Assembly: GCA_963787255.1 (NCBI GenBank)
Contig: CAWBCJ010000001.1
Coordinates: 32,001-96,000 of the forward strand
DNA length: 64,000 nt
From: Methanobacteriota archaeon
GTDB taxonomy: Archaea > Methanobacteriota > Methanobacteria > Methanobacteriales > Methanobacteriaceae
Direction of reading: 5' to 3'
Translations under genes and position numbers: made by a program
Notes under the pieces: generated by a model
Told to the model about the DNA's origin: nothing
The model's input: only the letters and a program-made list of their open reading frames with translations
Databases searched by the model: none
Shown here: positions 21,370-33,565 of the stretch, piece after piece
How positions within the stretch are numbered: position 1 is the stretch's first letter
Layout of the letters: each line of letters begins with the position of its first letter

Positions 21370-21789
21370 ATGGCCAAAGGAGATGTTTATAAAGTTTTAA
21401 CAGAAGATCACGAAAATGTTAAGGAATTATTAAGGGAGACAATTGAAACTGGAAATACTTCTAAATTTCCAGAATTAAAAAAACAATTAGAAGCACATAT
21501 GACCGGTGAAGAAAGCTTCCTATATCCGCCAATGGAATTTGTAGAAGAAGAAATGGTTAAAAAGAATAGATATGAACATGAACTCGTCTGGGGAAAGCTT
21601 TTATATTTGGATAATTCCCAAGGTGATAAAGATTGGATGATGAATCTAAAAGAACTTAACGATATAATTTTAAAACATGTCGAACGTGAAGAAAATGCAC
21701 TTTTCCCTAAAGCATCTGAAGTATTAAGTGCAGAAGCAGAAGAAGACATTATGAAATTAATAGAAGAAACAAAAGCAGAAAACATCTAA
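21370..21789 (+). CDS. Hemerythrin/HHE cation-binding protein
   Basis: EDH, HMTGEE..LYP, EH, HVEREE..LFP. Confidence 0.9.
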   Translation: MAKGDVYKVLTEDHENVKELLRETIETGNTSKFPELKKQLEAHMTGEESFLYPPMEFVEEEMVKKNRYEHELVWGKLLYLDNSQGDKDWMMNLKELNDIILKHVEREENALFPKASEVLSAEAEEDIMKLIEETKAENI

Positions 21790-22004
21790 AAACATATAAT
21801 CATTTTTTTTAAGCAACATAGAATAAATTTAATCTTCTTTTTTTTTCATCCCACAAAAAAGAGTAATTCAAAAAAAATGGGCATTAACTTAGTTACCACA
21901 CATATATCCACAATTAGCGTCAAAGAATTATATTATAATCTTAATAATCCCCTTTGAACCCCATTTTATTTTATCAAACCATTCAACCTAAATATTCCAC
22001 CATT

Positions 22005-22562
22005 TTATTGGAATATTTGAGAACTAAATTTATAAATTTTAACGTCTGGATAAATCCAGCAATCGGCCGTAAGACCCGCTTTTACACATGTATTGTATAA
22101 AAACTCCTCAACATTCCATCCCCATTCTACAGCAACTTGAGGTAATAAAAGACCTTTGTAAGGCCCTCTTTCTATAATCAGCCCATCTTCACCTATTTTA
22201 ATCTTTTCCATATATTCTTCAGGCTTTTTAGCTTCTATAAGCACCGGTTTAGTAAGTACACTAACTTCTATTTCAAGATCATCCAACTCATTAATCGTTA
22301 CAGGTGAAAATCGCGGATCATTAACTGCTGCAGAGATAGCAACATCAATCACAGCTTTAACCAGAGGTTCTATAGGTTCTGGATATCCTATACATCCCCT
22401 GAGCAGACCATCTTTATTAAGAGTTACAAATACGCCCAATTCTTCCTTTAAACTATCGGGTGTGTTTTCAGGAACTTTCAATTTCTTTTTTTCTTTAATA
22501 AAAGTTTCAATAGTTTCCCGTGCAAGTTTTACCAAAAATTTTCCATCTTCTTCAGACAACAT
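22005..22562 (-). CDS. AMMECR1-family protein
   Basis: GVFVTL, LRGCIG, DPRF, GLLLPQV. Confidence 0.95.
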   Translation of the reverse strand: MLSEEDGKFLVKLARETIETFIKEKKKLKVPENTPDSLKEELGVFVTLNKDGLLRGCIGYPEPIEPLVKAVIDVAISAAVNDPRFSPVTINELDDLEIEVSVLTKPVLIEAKKPEEYMEKIKIGEDGLIIERGPYKGLLLPQVAVEWGWNVEEFLYNTCVKAGLTADCWIYPDVKIYKFSSQIFQ

Positions 22563-22645
22563 AAATAACGTTTACCCCTATTCTTTTTTTTCTAATTAAA
22601 TTCAAGCTTTATAAATCCGTTTAAATAACACGAAATATATCTTTT

Positions 22646-24019
22646 TTACATTACGCCGCCGACTGTTGCTTCGCTAACCCTTATATGCGGCCCCCCATCT
22701 CCAACTGGAGCTGTTTGACCTCCTTTACCACAGAATCCAATGCCCATTTTAAAGTCACTGCCTACTGCATCAACATGATTAAGAATTTCAAGAATATTTC
22801 CAGACAATGAAACATCCCTTAAAGGTGCTTTAATTTCACCATTTTCTACTATAAACGATTCTGCAGCATTGAATTGGAATATACCCTTCCCAGTATCTAC
22901 CTGCCCACCGCGGGAGCCTTTAAGATAAATTCCATCTTTAATATCTTCAATTATTTCTTCAAATTCTAAATTTCCAGGTTTAAGGTAAGTATTACTCATT
23001 CTTACAATAGGCTGATCACCCACCTTGGATCGGGCATTTCCTGATGAAGACATCCCAAATTTCGCTGCAGTCTCTCTTGAACTTAAAAGAGATATTAATT
23101 TACCATTTTCTACAAGCACGTTTTCAGCGGTCCCCACTCCTTCAGCATCATATGCATAATATCCAAAGGCATCCATACTAGCATCATCAATAATAGTTAC
23201 GAGATTTGATCCAATTTGAGTTCCCATTTTACCTTTAAGTATTGAATCATTTTGTAAAATTAGATCAGCTTCAGATGCATGGCCTAATGCTTCATGAATA
23301 AATACTCCAGTAAGTTCTGGATCCATTATCACGGGAAACTTTCCTGAAGGTGGAGAAGTTGCATTTAATAATCGGACAGCCTTCTCTGCTGCTTTTCTTC
23401 CAAATTTTTCAATATCTTCTTTTTGAAGCACTTCAAATCCGCGTGCTCCTCCAGTACTACCGTGTCCAAATTGAATTACATTTTCATTTGATGCTACTGC
23501 ATTTAGAAACATTCCCACTCTTGATTCTTCGCTGGTAATTGAAGTTCCTTCAGTGCTTAAAAATGCTCCAATTCCTTCTGCATCAACATAGCTAACGGTA
23601 GTGCTCACAATTTTTTCAATTGTTGCTGCATGATTAGCTTCAGTCATGATTTCCTTCTTATCTTCAATAGAAACATTCGAAGGGATTATTTTAGCCTTTG
23701 ATTTAACTTTATCTACTCGTGGTTCAATAGCAGCAAGTTCAACATCACTTTTAAGGGAGTTAACCAGTTTAAGCGCAGTTTCCACCATTTCATCCATTTT
23801 AGAAACTTGAGTTGTAAATGCTGATCCCCATGCACCGTCTTTTAATATTCTGATAGCACTTCCAAAATCAGATCCTGACCTAATTTCTTGAATTTTCCCA
23901 TCTTTCATTATAATAGATGTATTTTGGCTATCGCTTACTCTTATATCTGCATAATCCACTTTATTCTCAATTTTTGTCAGCATTGATTGAAATAAGTCAA
24001 GATCAATTTGATTTGTCAT
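22646..24019 (-). CDS. tldD: TldD/PmbA family metalloprotease
   Basis: [22 protein letters not shown]. Confidence 0.92.
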   Translation of the reverse strand: MTNQIDLDLFQSMLTKIENKVDYADIRVSDSQNTSIIMKDGKIQEIRSGSDFGSAIRILKDGAWGSAFTTQVSKMDEMVETALKLVNSLKSDVELAAIEPRVDKVKSKAKIIPSNVSIEDKKEIMTEANHAATIEKIVSTTVSYVDAEGIGAFLSTEGTSITSEESRVGMFLNAVASNENVIQFGHGSTGGARGFEVLQKEDIEKFGRKAAEKAVRLLNATSPPSGKFPVIMDPELTGVFIHEALGHASEADLILQNDSILKGKMGTQIGSNLVTIIDDASMDAFGYYAYDAEGVGTAENVLVENGKLISLLSSRETAAKFGMSSSGNARSKVGDQPIVRMSNTYLKPGNLEFEEIIEDIKDGIYLKGSRGGQVDTGKGIFQFNAAESFIVENGEIKAPLRDVSLSGNILEILNHVDAVGSDFKMGIGFCGKGGQTAPVGDGGPHIRVSEATVGGVM

Positions 24020-24358
24020 AATAATCTCCCTTTTTTTAGCTCAAATGTTAATCAATTATTATAATTTTTCAGCCATTTTTAAAACAGTAATATTCTTTTA
24101 TACTAAATATGATCTTAATGCAATATAAATCGTTTATAAGACTTTTTTCATAAACTGACCACAAAGGTAATACATCTTGAAATTCACGTTAATTTATCTA
24201 GTTATAGTTATAATATTAAATTAGCTAGCACGGCAATTTAATGCAGTATATACATATAGTTAAGTAAAAATTATATAATTAGAAATGATATTAATATAAA
24301 TTTAAAGATAATAATATTTAATTATTTTTTTTGGAAATACGGCACCGGAAGTGAATAA

Positions 24359-25913
24359 ATGAAGACAATTAAAGAGATTAACCAGAAAATCAAGGATGGA
24401 GATGCTATTGTTTTAACTGCTGCAGAGATGACACAGTATGTTGAAGAAAATGGACTTAAAAAAGCAGCAGATGAAGTAGATGTTGTAACAACTGGAACAT
24501 TTGGTGCTATGTGTTCTTCAGGTGCATTTTTAAATTTCGGTCATTCTGATCCTCCAATAAAAATGAACAAAACCTTCTTAAACAATGTTGAGGCATACTC
24601 TGGCCTTGCTGCAGTGGATGCATATATAGGGGCCACCCAATTAAACAAAAACCCACAAATAGGCATGGATTATGGTGGTGCTCATCTAATTGAAGACCTT
24701 ATCCAAGGAAAGGAAATTGAATTAGTAGTAGAATCTTATGGAACTGATTGTTATCCTGCTAAGGAAATAGAGACTATTATTGATATTGATAGTTTAAATC
24801 ATGCCACCATGATAAACCCACGAAACTGTTATCAAAATTATGCTGTTGCCACCAATTCAACTGATGAAACTCTTTATACTTATATGGGAACACTTCTTCC
24901 TAATTTTGGAAATGTAAGCTACTCAAGCGCAGGACAACTAAGCCCTCTTCTAAATGATCCCTACTTCGAAACAATAGGTCTGGGAACAAGAATATTCCTT
25001 TGCGGAGGCGAAGGATACATCATAGGCGAAGGAACACAACATTCTACAGAAGTTGAACGGCGAAATGGAGTGCCTGTAGGTCCTGCGGGGACCTTAATGC
25101 TCATGGGTGACATGAAAAAGATGAACAGTGAATTCGTTAGGGGTGCAACTATGCAAAAATATGGCCCAACACTTTATGTTGGAGCGGGAATACCCATTCC
25201 AATTTTAAATGAAGAAATAGCTAAACGAACCGCGATAAGTGATGAAGATATAACTTGTCGAATTTTTGATTATGGAGTACCACAGACGTAGCCGTCCTGT
25301 TTTAAAAGAAACCAATTATAAAGAATTGAAAACTGGAAAAATCGAAATTAACGGTATTGAAATAAAAACATCACCACTTTCATCCTATAAAAAAGCCGAA
25401 GAAGTGGCAGATGAACTTAAAAGCTGGATAAACCAGGGTAAATTCTTCCTTACAGAACCGGTTAATCATATACCTTCTAAAGGTTACACAGTTAATCCTC
25501 TTGAAATTAAGAAACCGTCTGTCCTTGTAAAAGACATTGAAAGCAAACCAGTTATAATTTCTTACCCTACAGATGAAATAAGCGACGTTGCCAAAAAACT
25601 AGTAGAAAATCAGATAAACCATCTACCTGTTGTAGATAATGAAGGTAAACTTATGGGTATTGTAACCTCATGGGACATAGCCAATGCTGTTGCCAAAGGT
25701 AGAGTGAAATTAAAAGATGTTATGACAAAAAAGGTGGTAATCGCAAGAGAAGATGAACCTGTGGACGTTATAGCTCGAAGAATTGATAAATACGAAATTT
25801 CTGGACTACCTATTGTTGATAAGGATAATAAAGTGAAAGGAATGATTACAGCAGAAGATATTTCCAGGTTAATCGGTGAAAATACAAAAAATAATGATGA
25901 GGTGTCTGTATGA
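24359..25913 (+). CDS. Homocysteine biosynthesis protein DUF39-CBS (aspartate-semialdehyde sulfurtransferase); frameshift ~25285
   Basis: [26 protein letters not shown]-terminal CBS pair. Confidence 0.9.
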
Positions 25914-26296
25914 GAGCATGGTTAAAGTTTTCACCAGATATAGTCAATAAATCAATAATTTCAGATGCAATGAAAAGATATAATATCACATTTAACATAT
26001 TAAGGGCAGATATAACTCCAAAGGGTGGTAAAGCCCTCATCGAACTTGAAGGTGAGGAAGTAGATAAAGGTATTAAATATATGGAAAGTAAGGGAATACA
26101 GGTAAATTCAATCCAAAAAGTCTTAAAAAGAGATGAAGAAAAATGTGTAGATTGTGGTGCATGTGTTTCATTATGTCCAGTTAAAGCAATTTGCATCAAA
26201 GAAGACTGGAGCATTGGAATAGATAATGAATTATGTATTGGCTGCGGATTCTGCACTGGTTCTTGCCCTATGAAAGCCATAACCATTGTGGAATAA
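25910..26296 (+). CDS. NIL-domain 2x[4Fe-4S] ferredoxin, partner of DUF39
   Basis: FNILRA; two CxxCxxCxxxCP motifs. Confidence 0.9.
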   Translation: MRAWLKFSPDIVNKSIISDAMKRYNITFNILRADITPKGGKALIELEGEEVDKGIKYMESKGIQVNSIQKVLKRDEEKCVDCGACVSLCPVKAICIKEDWSIGIDNELCIGCGFCTGSCPMKAITIVE

Positions 26297-26320
26297 AAAA
26301 CAACCTTTTTCCCCTTCTTT

Positions 26321-26698
26321 TTAGGTTTCTTTTAATTCTGGCATCTTCTCAAACTGGTTATTATCAAGAATCCAGATGTAGTCATCCATTTTTTTGCTTA
26401 AAACATAATATAATAAATAGATATCCAGATGAACATTTGCTAAATAGAATTTAGCTTTTTTTACGTCTTTTAGCGCATCATTTATTTCTTTTAGAGCATC
26501 TACATGAAATCCATTAATCTGTACATATTCCACGTTTTCAAATGACGTTTCAGGGATTTTTTCGAAGCTGTGTTGGTATAAAATGACACATTTGCTACAA
26601 TTACTTTCAATAATAGCTTTTAAGGCTATACTTTCATCATGAGCGGTTGTTACGAGGATACAATCATCCATATCTTCAAATGAGCGTTTTAAATCCAT
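26321..26698 (-). CDS. Hypothetical protein
   Basis: AGGTG RBS, intact ORF. Confidence 0.65.
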   Translation of the reverse strand: MDLKRSFEDMDDCILVTTAHDESIALKAIIESNCSKCVILYQHSFEKIPETSFENVEYVQINGFHVDALKEINDALKDVKKAKFYLANVHLDIYLLYYVLSKKMDDYIWILDNNQFEKMPELKET

Positions 26699-26745
26699 TT
26701 TTATGACACCTTAAAAAATATAATTAATTATCCCAAATAAATGAT

Positions 26746-27202
26746 TTAAACAGGGATTTTACTGGGTAGTAGGGCAATATTAAACCAGAAATCATTAATA
26801 CCTTTAATGTACTTGTTGAATTCATCAATATCTAACGGTTTAATAAATACAGAATTAGCTTGGAGTCTATAAGCATTATTAATAATTTCTGGATCATTGG
26901 AAACAGTTACAATAATTACAGGGATGAGTTTTAAGTTTTTCATCGTTTTTTATTTCTTTTAATACTTCCCAACCATCTTTACGCGGTAAACCTAAATCAA
27001 GAAGTATTAAATCTGGACGAGGCACATCTTCATACTTGTTTTCTTGGTTTAGGAATTGTATGGCTTCAACACCATCATTAACAGTGTATAAATTCTTTTT
27101 TAATCTTATTCCTTTCAATGCTTCTTCAACTAACCTAATATCAGAAGGGTTATCTTCTACCATTAGTATATTCTGTTTGATTATGCTTTTGGTTCTATCC
27201 AT
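26746..27202 (-). CDS. Response regulator, close paralog of 10549 (frameshift ~26940)
   Basis: PRPDLILLDLGLPRKDG, VTVSNDPEIINNAY. Confidence 0.85.
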
Positions 27203-27446
27203 TTTATATATCGCCTTTTTTGGAAAAAACAATTATACAATACTACTATTTTTGGATATAATACTATTTAATCATGTTTACTACTAATTAACAAATAATT
27301 AATACAAAAAAAAGTGTAATAATAATAGTAAAATAACTTTTATATAAATCTCTAACATCCGTATTATTTCCTGATTCGGATAAAATAAAAAATAGGAGTT
27401 GATTTAAGCACTGAATATTCCATTAACCATTAGATATAAAACTGTT

Positions 27447-29717
27447 TTATTTCCTCATTGAATCAATCTCAGTAGGTATAGTGAAATAAAAGGTAGAACC
27501 AACACCAAAACGAGGATTCAACCCAAGTATGACCACCATGACGTTCCACAATTCTTTTAATGATTGATAATCCAATACCTGTTCCTTTATAAACATCCCT
27601 TGTATGTAGACGCTGGAATATAGTAAAAATACGTTCAAAATATTGCTCTTCTATCCCAATACCATTATCAGATACGCTGAATACATACTCCTTTTCATCT
27701 TCAGACTTATAAGCAGATATATCAATTTTAAGCGGTTCTTCACATTTTCTAAACTTAATAGCATTTGAAATTAGGTTTTGGAACATCTTTTCCAACTGCC
27801 CTGCATCTCCCATTACATTGGGAAGCTCATCATATGTAATTTCAGCATCAGACTCCCTAATTAAAGTATGTAAACTTTTAATGATTTTATTTAATACCTC
27901 ATTAGTATTCACAAGCCCAAATTCTCCACTCTTTGTCCCAACACGTGAATAATCAAGTAAATCCTGAATTTGCTGTTTCATACGAATAGATGCCTCTACA
28001 ATATAACCCATAAACTCATCAGCATCACTATCCAAACGGCCTTTATAACGCATTTCCAAAAGTTGCGTGAAACTGGCAATAGTACGTAAAGGCTCTTGCA
28101 AATCATGACTAGAAACATAAGCAAACTGCCGTAATTCCTTATTTGAACGTTTTAAATCTTCTATAAGCTTCTTTTAATTGTTCTTCTGTTTCTTTACGTT
28201 CTGTAATATCACGATCTAAAATAATTATAGACTCAATTTCACCATTAGCATTAAATTCAGGTATTGCAGTAGTTTCTACGAATCTTAAGCCATTAATGGT
28301 GGAAAATTCAAATTCATAGTGTTGTATTTCACCAGTTTCAATTGCTTTTAGATTATGTTCCCTCCATATTGTAGCATATTCCTCTGGAATGCCTGCCTCC
28401 TCATAGGTCTTACCAATATAATATTCAGGTGATTGTCCAGTCATTTCAGTTATAACCGAATTAACATAAACATATCTTAAATTTTTATCCAACCGGATAA
28501 TGAAATCAGGAGAATTCTCCGCAAGCGTTCTAAAACTTTCTCTACTTCTATGAATTCCCTCTTCAGCTTCTTTACGTTCTGTAACATCATTCAATATTAA
28601 CACAACAGAAACAGAACCATCAATATTGATTATAGGAGTAGCTAATGCCTCATATGTCTTATCTAATCTAGAGGAATATTGTTCCCATTCAATTGTATCT
28701 CCTTGAAATGCTTGCTGAATTTTGCATTTCTGGCAGATTTCAGACCTACCATAAAAGTACTTATAACATTTATATCCTTTTAAGACCCCAAAATCCCTTT
28801 CCATCGCAGGATTAATGAATTCTACCTCATAATCATTATTTACCACATATATTCTATTTTTTGTTTTGTTTAGAATATTATTTAATTTATTTTTTTCTAT
28901 TTGAAGCTCTGCTGTACGTTTTTCAACCAGTTCTTCAAGATTATCGCGTGCACGCCTTAATTGTTCTTCTATTTGCTTGCGTTTAGTAATATCAGTGAAC
29001 ATGGCAAAAGAACCTGCAAATTCGCCCTCAGCATCTTTTTTAGGAGTAGCAGACACTAAAGCCCAACAAACACTCCCATCCTTGTGTTTTAATCGGAGCT
29101 CATAATCTCCATAAATGCCTTCTCGTCTCTGCATAACACGTTCTACATGTCCATTTAGATCTTCCTCAAAGAGAAAATCAGACATCGGCAGGCCAACCAT
29201 TTCTTCAACACTATATCCCAGCATGGCCGCCATAGTAGGATTAACATGTACAGTTATATAATGCTCATCAAATTCCCATATTCCCTCATTGGCAGTCTCT
29301 ACGATTCTACGGTACCTTTCTTCGCTTTCAGCTAATTTTTTATCAAGAGGATGTTTATAAAGCGCAGTTTCTATAGCACCGATTAATCCTTCATGGTTAA
29401 CAGGTTTAGTAAGAAATCCATAAGGTCTTGTTAATTTAGCCCTTTCAAAAGTTCTCCCATCAGAAAAAGCAGTTAAATAAATAACAGGAATATTAAAAAG
29501 AGTTTGGATATTTATCCGCAGCCTCAACACCGTCTATTTCTCCCTTAATCACTATATCCATCAGTACCAAGTCAGGTTTTAATTCTTCAGCCTTTTGAAT
29601 GGCTTCTTCCCCATTGGAAGCAGTTGCAACGACATCAAAACCATTGCTTTCTAATGTTCTTTGAATATCCATTGCAGTAATAGCTTCATCCTCAACAACC
29701 AATATTTTAATCTGCAT
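27447..29717 (-). CDS. Hybrid receiver-PAS(x3)-histidine kinase (three frameshifts)
   Basis: MQIKILVVEDE, PAS/PAC repeats ending DITx[32 protein letters not shown]. Confidence 0.88.
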
Positions 29718-29841
29718 TCTAAACCCTTCAAAAAGAATATGATAGTAGATTGTAACGAACATATTATAATACTTTACTTTTTCAGATGCTCTTGCACTAA
29801 AACCATTAAATAAAACAGCACTTAGATTACCGGTGTTAAAA

Positions 29842-29970
29842 ATGAACATGACAGATGCAAGGGTACGTAAATGCAAGAATGTGTCCATTTTAATTGATAA
29901 GAAGATGCGAAGATGCAGAATTGAACACGAGAAATACATTATAATGTTAGAAAAACAATTCCTTATTTAA
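29842..29970 (+). CDS. Small basic Cys-peptide family, open copy (42 aa)
   Basis: GGTG RBS; MNMTDARVRKCKNVSILIDKKMRRCRIEHEKYIIMLEKQFLI; divergent from the kinase. Confidence 0.55.
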   Translation: MNMTDARVRKCKNVSILIDKKMRRCRIEHEKYIIMLEKQFLI

Positions 29971-30577
29971 ATGATTTAATTTTTATGATTACCACTTAAT
30001 TCTTTTTAATCCCTGAAACTTCAAGGGTCGGTTATTTAATCATAATTAAACTTATTGCGTAAATTAAAATCCCACATATAACCACACTGAATAAAACAAA
30101 TATTTTTAACTGTTTATCACTCATCACGATATCATTTAACCCCTGGAGCTTCTGTAAGCGCCTTTAAATTCATTATTATGGGTCCTATTAATATATTTTT
30201 CAAGTTTAGTCTTTTTTGGAGCTGTTAATTTGAATTTTTCAGTATGTTTTTTTTATTGAATTTAGGTTAAACAGATTATTTTCCATGAGACCACATTAAA
30301 ATATGCCCCGATTGATTTAATAATATTTTCAATGGATAACCAACATTATTACTATACTCCTATGAAACAGTTCATCAATTAGAAGATAAGCTAATGTAAT
30401 TAAAATAATATTGGATTTTCATACAAAAAAAATGGACAAGATGAAGTTAAGAAAAAGTTATAGATATAATACGCTACTAATATTTCCATAATTTATGAAA
30501 AAAAATCATTGAAAAATAGTATAAATAACTTTTTTACGAGCGAGGGAGATAGTGAAAGTAAAACTGAAAAAAGGTTT

Positions 30578-30781
30578 TTATAACCTTTTAACAGCTAATT
30601 CAATGTCTGATGCTTTTACAGTTTTTCTTCCGGTGTGTTTTGCAAGTTTAACGGATTCTGTAGCTATCATTTCGCCTTGTTCTTCTAAAAATTTTGTTAA
30701 AGATTCTTTTGCATCTTCACTTACTCTTTTGGCACCTGCATTTTTTATTATTCTTCCAACTGGAGCAATTGGTAATTCCAT
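30578..30781 (-). CDS. Archaeal histone, HMf family
   Basis: [21 protein letters not shown]...[15 protein letters not shown]. Confidence 0.97.
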   Translation of the reverse strand: MELPIAPVGRIIKNAGAKRVSEDAKESLTKFLEEQGEMIATESVKLAKHTGRKTVKASDIELAVKRL

Positions 30782-31235
30782 ATTTAATCACCTCATTTTT
30801 TTAGTAATACTTATTTTTATTTTAGTAATATAATCTCTATAAATAATCCCATATATATTTATCTTTTTTTCCTGTGATTATTTGGAAAATTATATGATTT
30901 TTGGTCATTTTAAGTCAATCCATATGATTTTTACAGTGTCACAAAGAAAATTAAAAGAAAAAAATTACATAAAAAAAAGCTATGATGAAAAACACTCCCT
31001 TCAAAAAGAAATGATCAAGTTAAAACTATTAGTAAAACTCATTTTGAAAAACTCGGTAACATGATCAAAATCACCAATAGAATGAAAGGGACAGCTTTAA
31101 AGATCAAGTAAGAAAACCTTGAAACAAATGAGGCTTATTCATGCTCTAAAAAAATTTTTTGATGGAAAGATGTTAAGTAATATTTAAATTGATCCTGCAT
31201 GATTATAATTAAATTAGATAATACATATCAGGAGG

Positions 31236-31961
31236 GTGGTTAATATGAAAAAGTATATTATTGCAGTTTTACTGCTTTTTGCAGTGGTAGCAGCATCAGG
31301 ATGCATAAATCAAGGCGCAACCGGATCAGGAAAAATAGTAAATGAATCAAGAAGTGTCAGTGGTTTTAACCAAATTGACCTTAGTGGAACTGGGGAAATT
31401 ATTATTACTCAAGGAAACACGGAATCGGTAACTGTAGAGGCCGATGATAACCTTATGCAATATATAAAGACTGGAGTAAACAATAACAAACTATCAATTA
31501 GCTTTGATAATGGCATGCCCCGGCCAACTAAAGGGGTTAAATTTTATATAACAGTTAAAGATCTAAACTCTATTAATACATCTGGAAATGGGAAAATTGT
31601 CTCTGACAATTTAAGGGTCAATAATTTAGCCATAAATACAAATGGTGCAGGTGATGGTAATTTAAATAACTTTAATGCACAAACACTGAAAATCATGATT
31701 TCTGGGGCTGGAAAAATGAATGTTGCTGGAACTGTAAATGAACAGACCATAACTATTTCAGGGGCCGGAGATTATAATGCCAATAGTCTTTCCAGTAAAA
31801 CAGCGAGTATATCCATAAATGGTGGCGGTAGGGCTACAATTAGAGTTTCAGATGCATTAAATGCAGTTATAAACGGTGGTGGACAAATATCATACATCGG
31901 CAGCCCTAAAATAACTCAACAGATAAATGGTGCTGGAAATATCAAGCAAGTGCAGGGATGA
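31236..31961 (+). CDS. GIN/DUF2807 beta-helix lipoprotein
   Basis: ASGC lipobox, GSG..V.ESR.VSGF, VEADDNL, repeated I(S/N)GAG. Confidence 0.85.
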   Translation: MVNMKKYIIAVLLLFAVVAASGCINQGATGSGKIVNESRSVSGFNQIDLSGTGEIIITQGNTESVTVEADDNLMQYIKTGVNNNKLSISFDNGMPRPTKGVKFYITVKDLNSINTSGNGKIVSDNLRVNNLAINTNGAGDGNLNNFNAQTLKIMISGAGKMNVAGTVNEQTITISGAGDYNANSLSSKTASISINGGGRATIRVSDALNAVINGGGQISYIGSPKITQQINGAGNIKQVQG

Positions 31962-32043
31962 AGTTTAAACTAATAAAAATTTCATCTTAATTCTTTTTTT
32001 AAAAAAATGAAAATGGTTAGTTTTAAGTTCAAATGTAATCCTA

Positions 32044-32916
32044 TTATTGCTTTAAAAGCATTAATATTTTGTTAGATACTATATCTGCTCTTTCCATGCC
32101 CATTATCGGATATGATGGTTGAATATTATCTATTAATGTTATTCTATTTTCTAATAGATATTCTGCAGGTTCATTAAGCCCTTCAAATGATCCTGGCGAG
32201 AATTCATCATCGTATGACCGGGGTAAATAAGAACAATTTGTTAATATTGTGTCTGGAGACACATTAACATAGATTATTCCATTTAAATCCTTTGCATATT
32301 CATATAAATATCCTTTATCTGTTTTCCCATTTGTTTGCGGCCCACTAATACCAACAGTAAGGTCTTTTATAGTTCCAGCGCAATTATAATTAATTACAAC
32401 AATAGCACTATCCTTTGGAGCATTTTTTATTGCCCTCGGTACTTGATTGGGATTAGGAGCATAAGGATCCATTATAACATTGATTCCATTGCTTTTTAGA
32501 TTAGATGCTACCCTTTTTAAAAATTTCATATCTGTATTTTTATCAATTATATTATCTGAAGTTAAATAGACAGTTTTTGTACCATTTAAATTCCATTTTA
32601 TTGTTGATGAATCATTTAATTGATTCTTTCTGGGGATGGTAATGTTGTTTTCTGAAATATTGTCTGGTGCAGCTAGAACTACTTTAGGATAATTATTTTT
32701 AATATCGGATTTATTTGTAGTCTTTAAAGATTGGTTCTCGTTTTTATTGTCAATTATTTTAATTGAATATAGAAAATTATTGTTATCTTCTAAATTAGAA
32801 TTTAAATTAGGGTTTGTTTCGTTTATTGGTGTGTTTAAGGCCATGCTTCCCATAATTGTTGTTATTGAAAATATTACAATGGGAAGAAGCAAAAATAAGT
32901 GCTTGTCATTCATCAT
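32044..32916 (-). CDS. Secreted/cell-surface hypothetical protein
   Basis: N-terminal TM helix, Asn-rich linker, VYLTSDNI domain. Confidence 0.7.
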   Translation of the reverse strand: MMNDKHLFLLLPIVIFSITTIMGSMALNTPINETNPNLNSNLEDNNNFLYSIKIIDNKNENQSLKTTNKSDIKNNYPKVVLAAPDNISENNITIPRKNQLNDSSTIKWNLNGTKTVYLTSDNIIDKNTDMKFLKRVASNLKSNGINVIMDPYAPNPNQVPRAIKNAPKDSAIVVINYNCAGTIKDLTVGISGPQTNGKTDKGYLYEYAKDLNGIIYVNVSPDTILTNCSYLPRSYDDEFSPGSFEGLNEPAEYLLENRITLIDNIQPSYPIMGMERADIVSNKILMLLKQ

Positions 32917-33565
32917 CTTCTAACATCTTTTATGTCTCCTATCTAAAACAGGCCTCTAATTTTTTAATATCCGCTGAATTAATCCACCCGATTAATACTC
33001 TTTTATATTATTTTATTCAAATGTGTTATATAAATATGTCTATTTAATCGCGCCCCATTAAGTATATAAAGGAGAATTAAGAACCTAAACTGGAAAACAC
33101 ACCCTAATGCATCGAATTTAAAAAGCAGAAAATAAGCCTTTTATTCCTATTATTCCAATTGAAACAACTAAATTTAAAATAAAATAAGAGTTAGTACTAA
33201 TTTCAAATTATACACCAATTTTCTATTACAAAGTAATAATAAAACGATTTACAGAATTATTATTTTTATTAAAATTTAAAAATAACTTTCAGTAATTCAA
33301 ACAAGATAATTTTAAAAAATACCATAAATTATTCTAAAATTAATTAAAAGAAATTAAAAATAAAACACTTCAAAATTAAAAATAAAAAAAACAAAGAAAA
33401 GAATCCAAAGTCTTCCTCTCACAACTTAATAATACAAAAAAAATATCATTTATAACTTCACCTTAAATTCCACAAAAAAAATAATATGAAAATAGAGGAA
33501 CTAATTATAGTAAATACAATTGATTGGTTTACATATATATAGTTCATCCAAAATAATGTTTTATT

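Noticed and set aside
30552-31180. ORFs 30552..30833 and 30882..31064
   Set aside because: The first is antisense to the histone gene; the second is AT-rich with no RBS or recognisable motif.
33050-33560. 500-bp extremely AT-rich gap
   Set aside because: No ORF, repeat unit or ORB-like motif recognised, and no cdc6 nearby.
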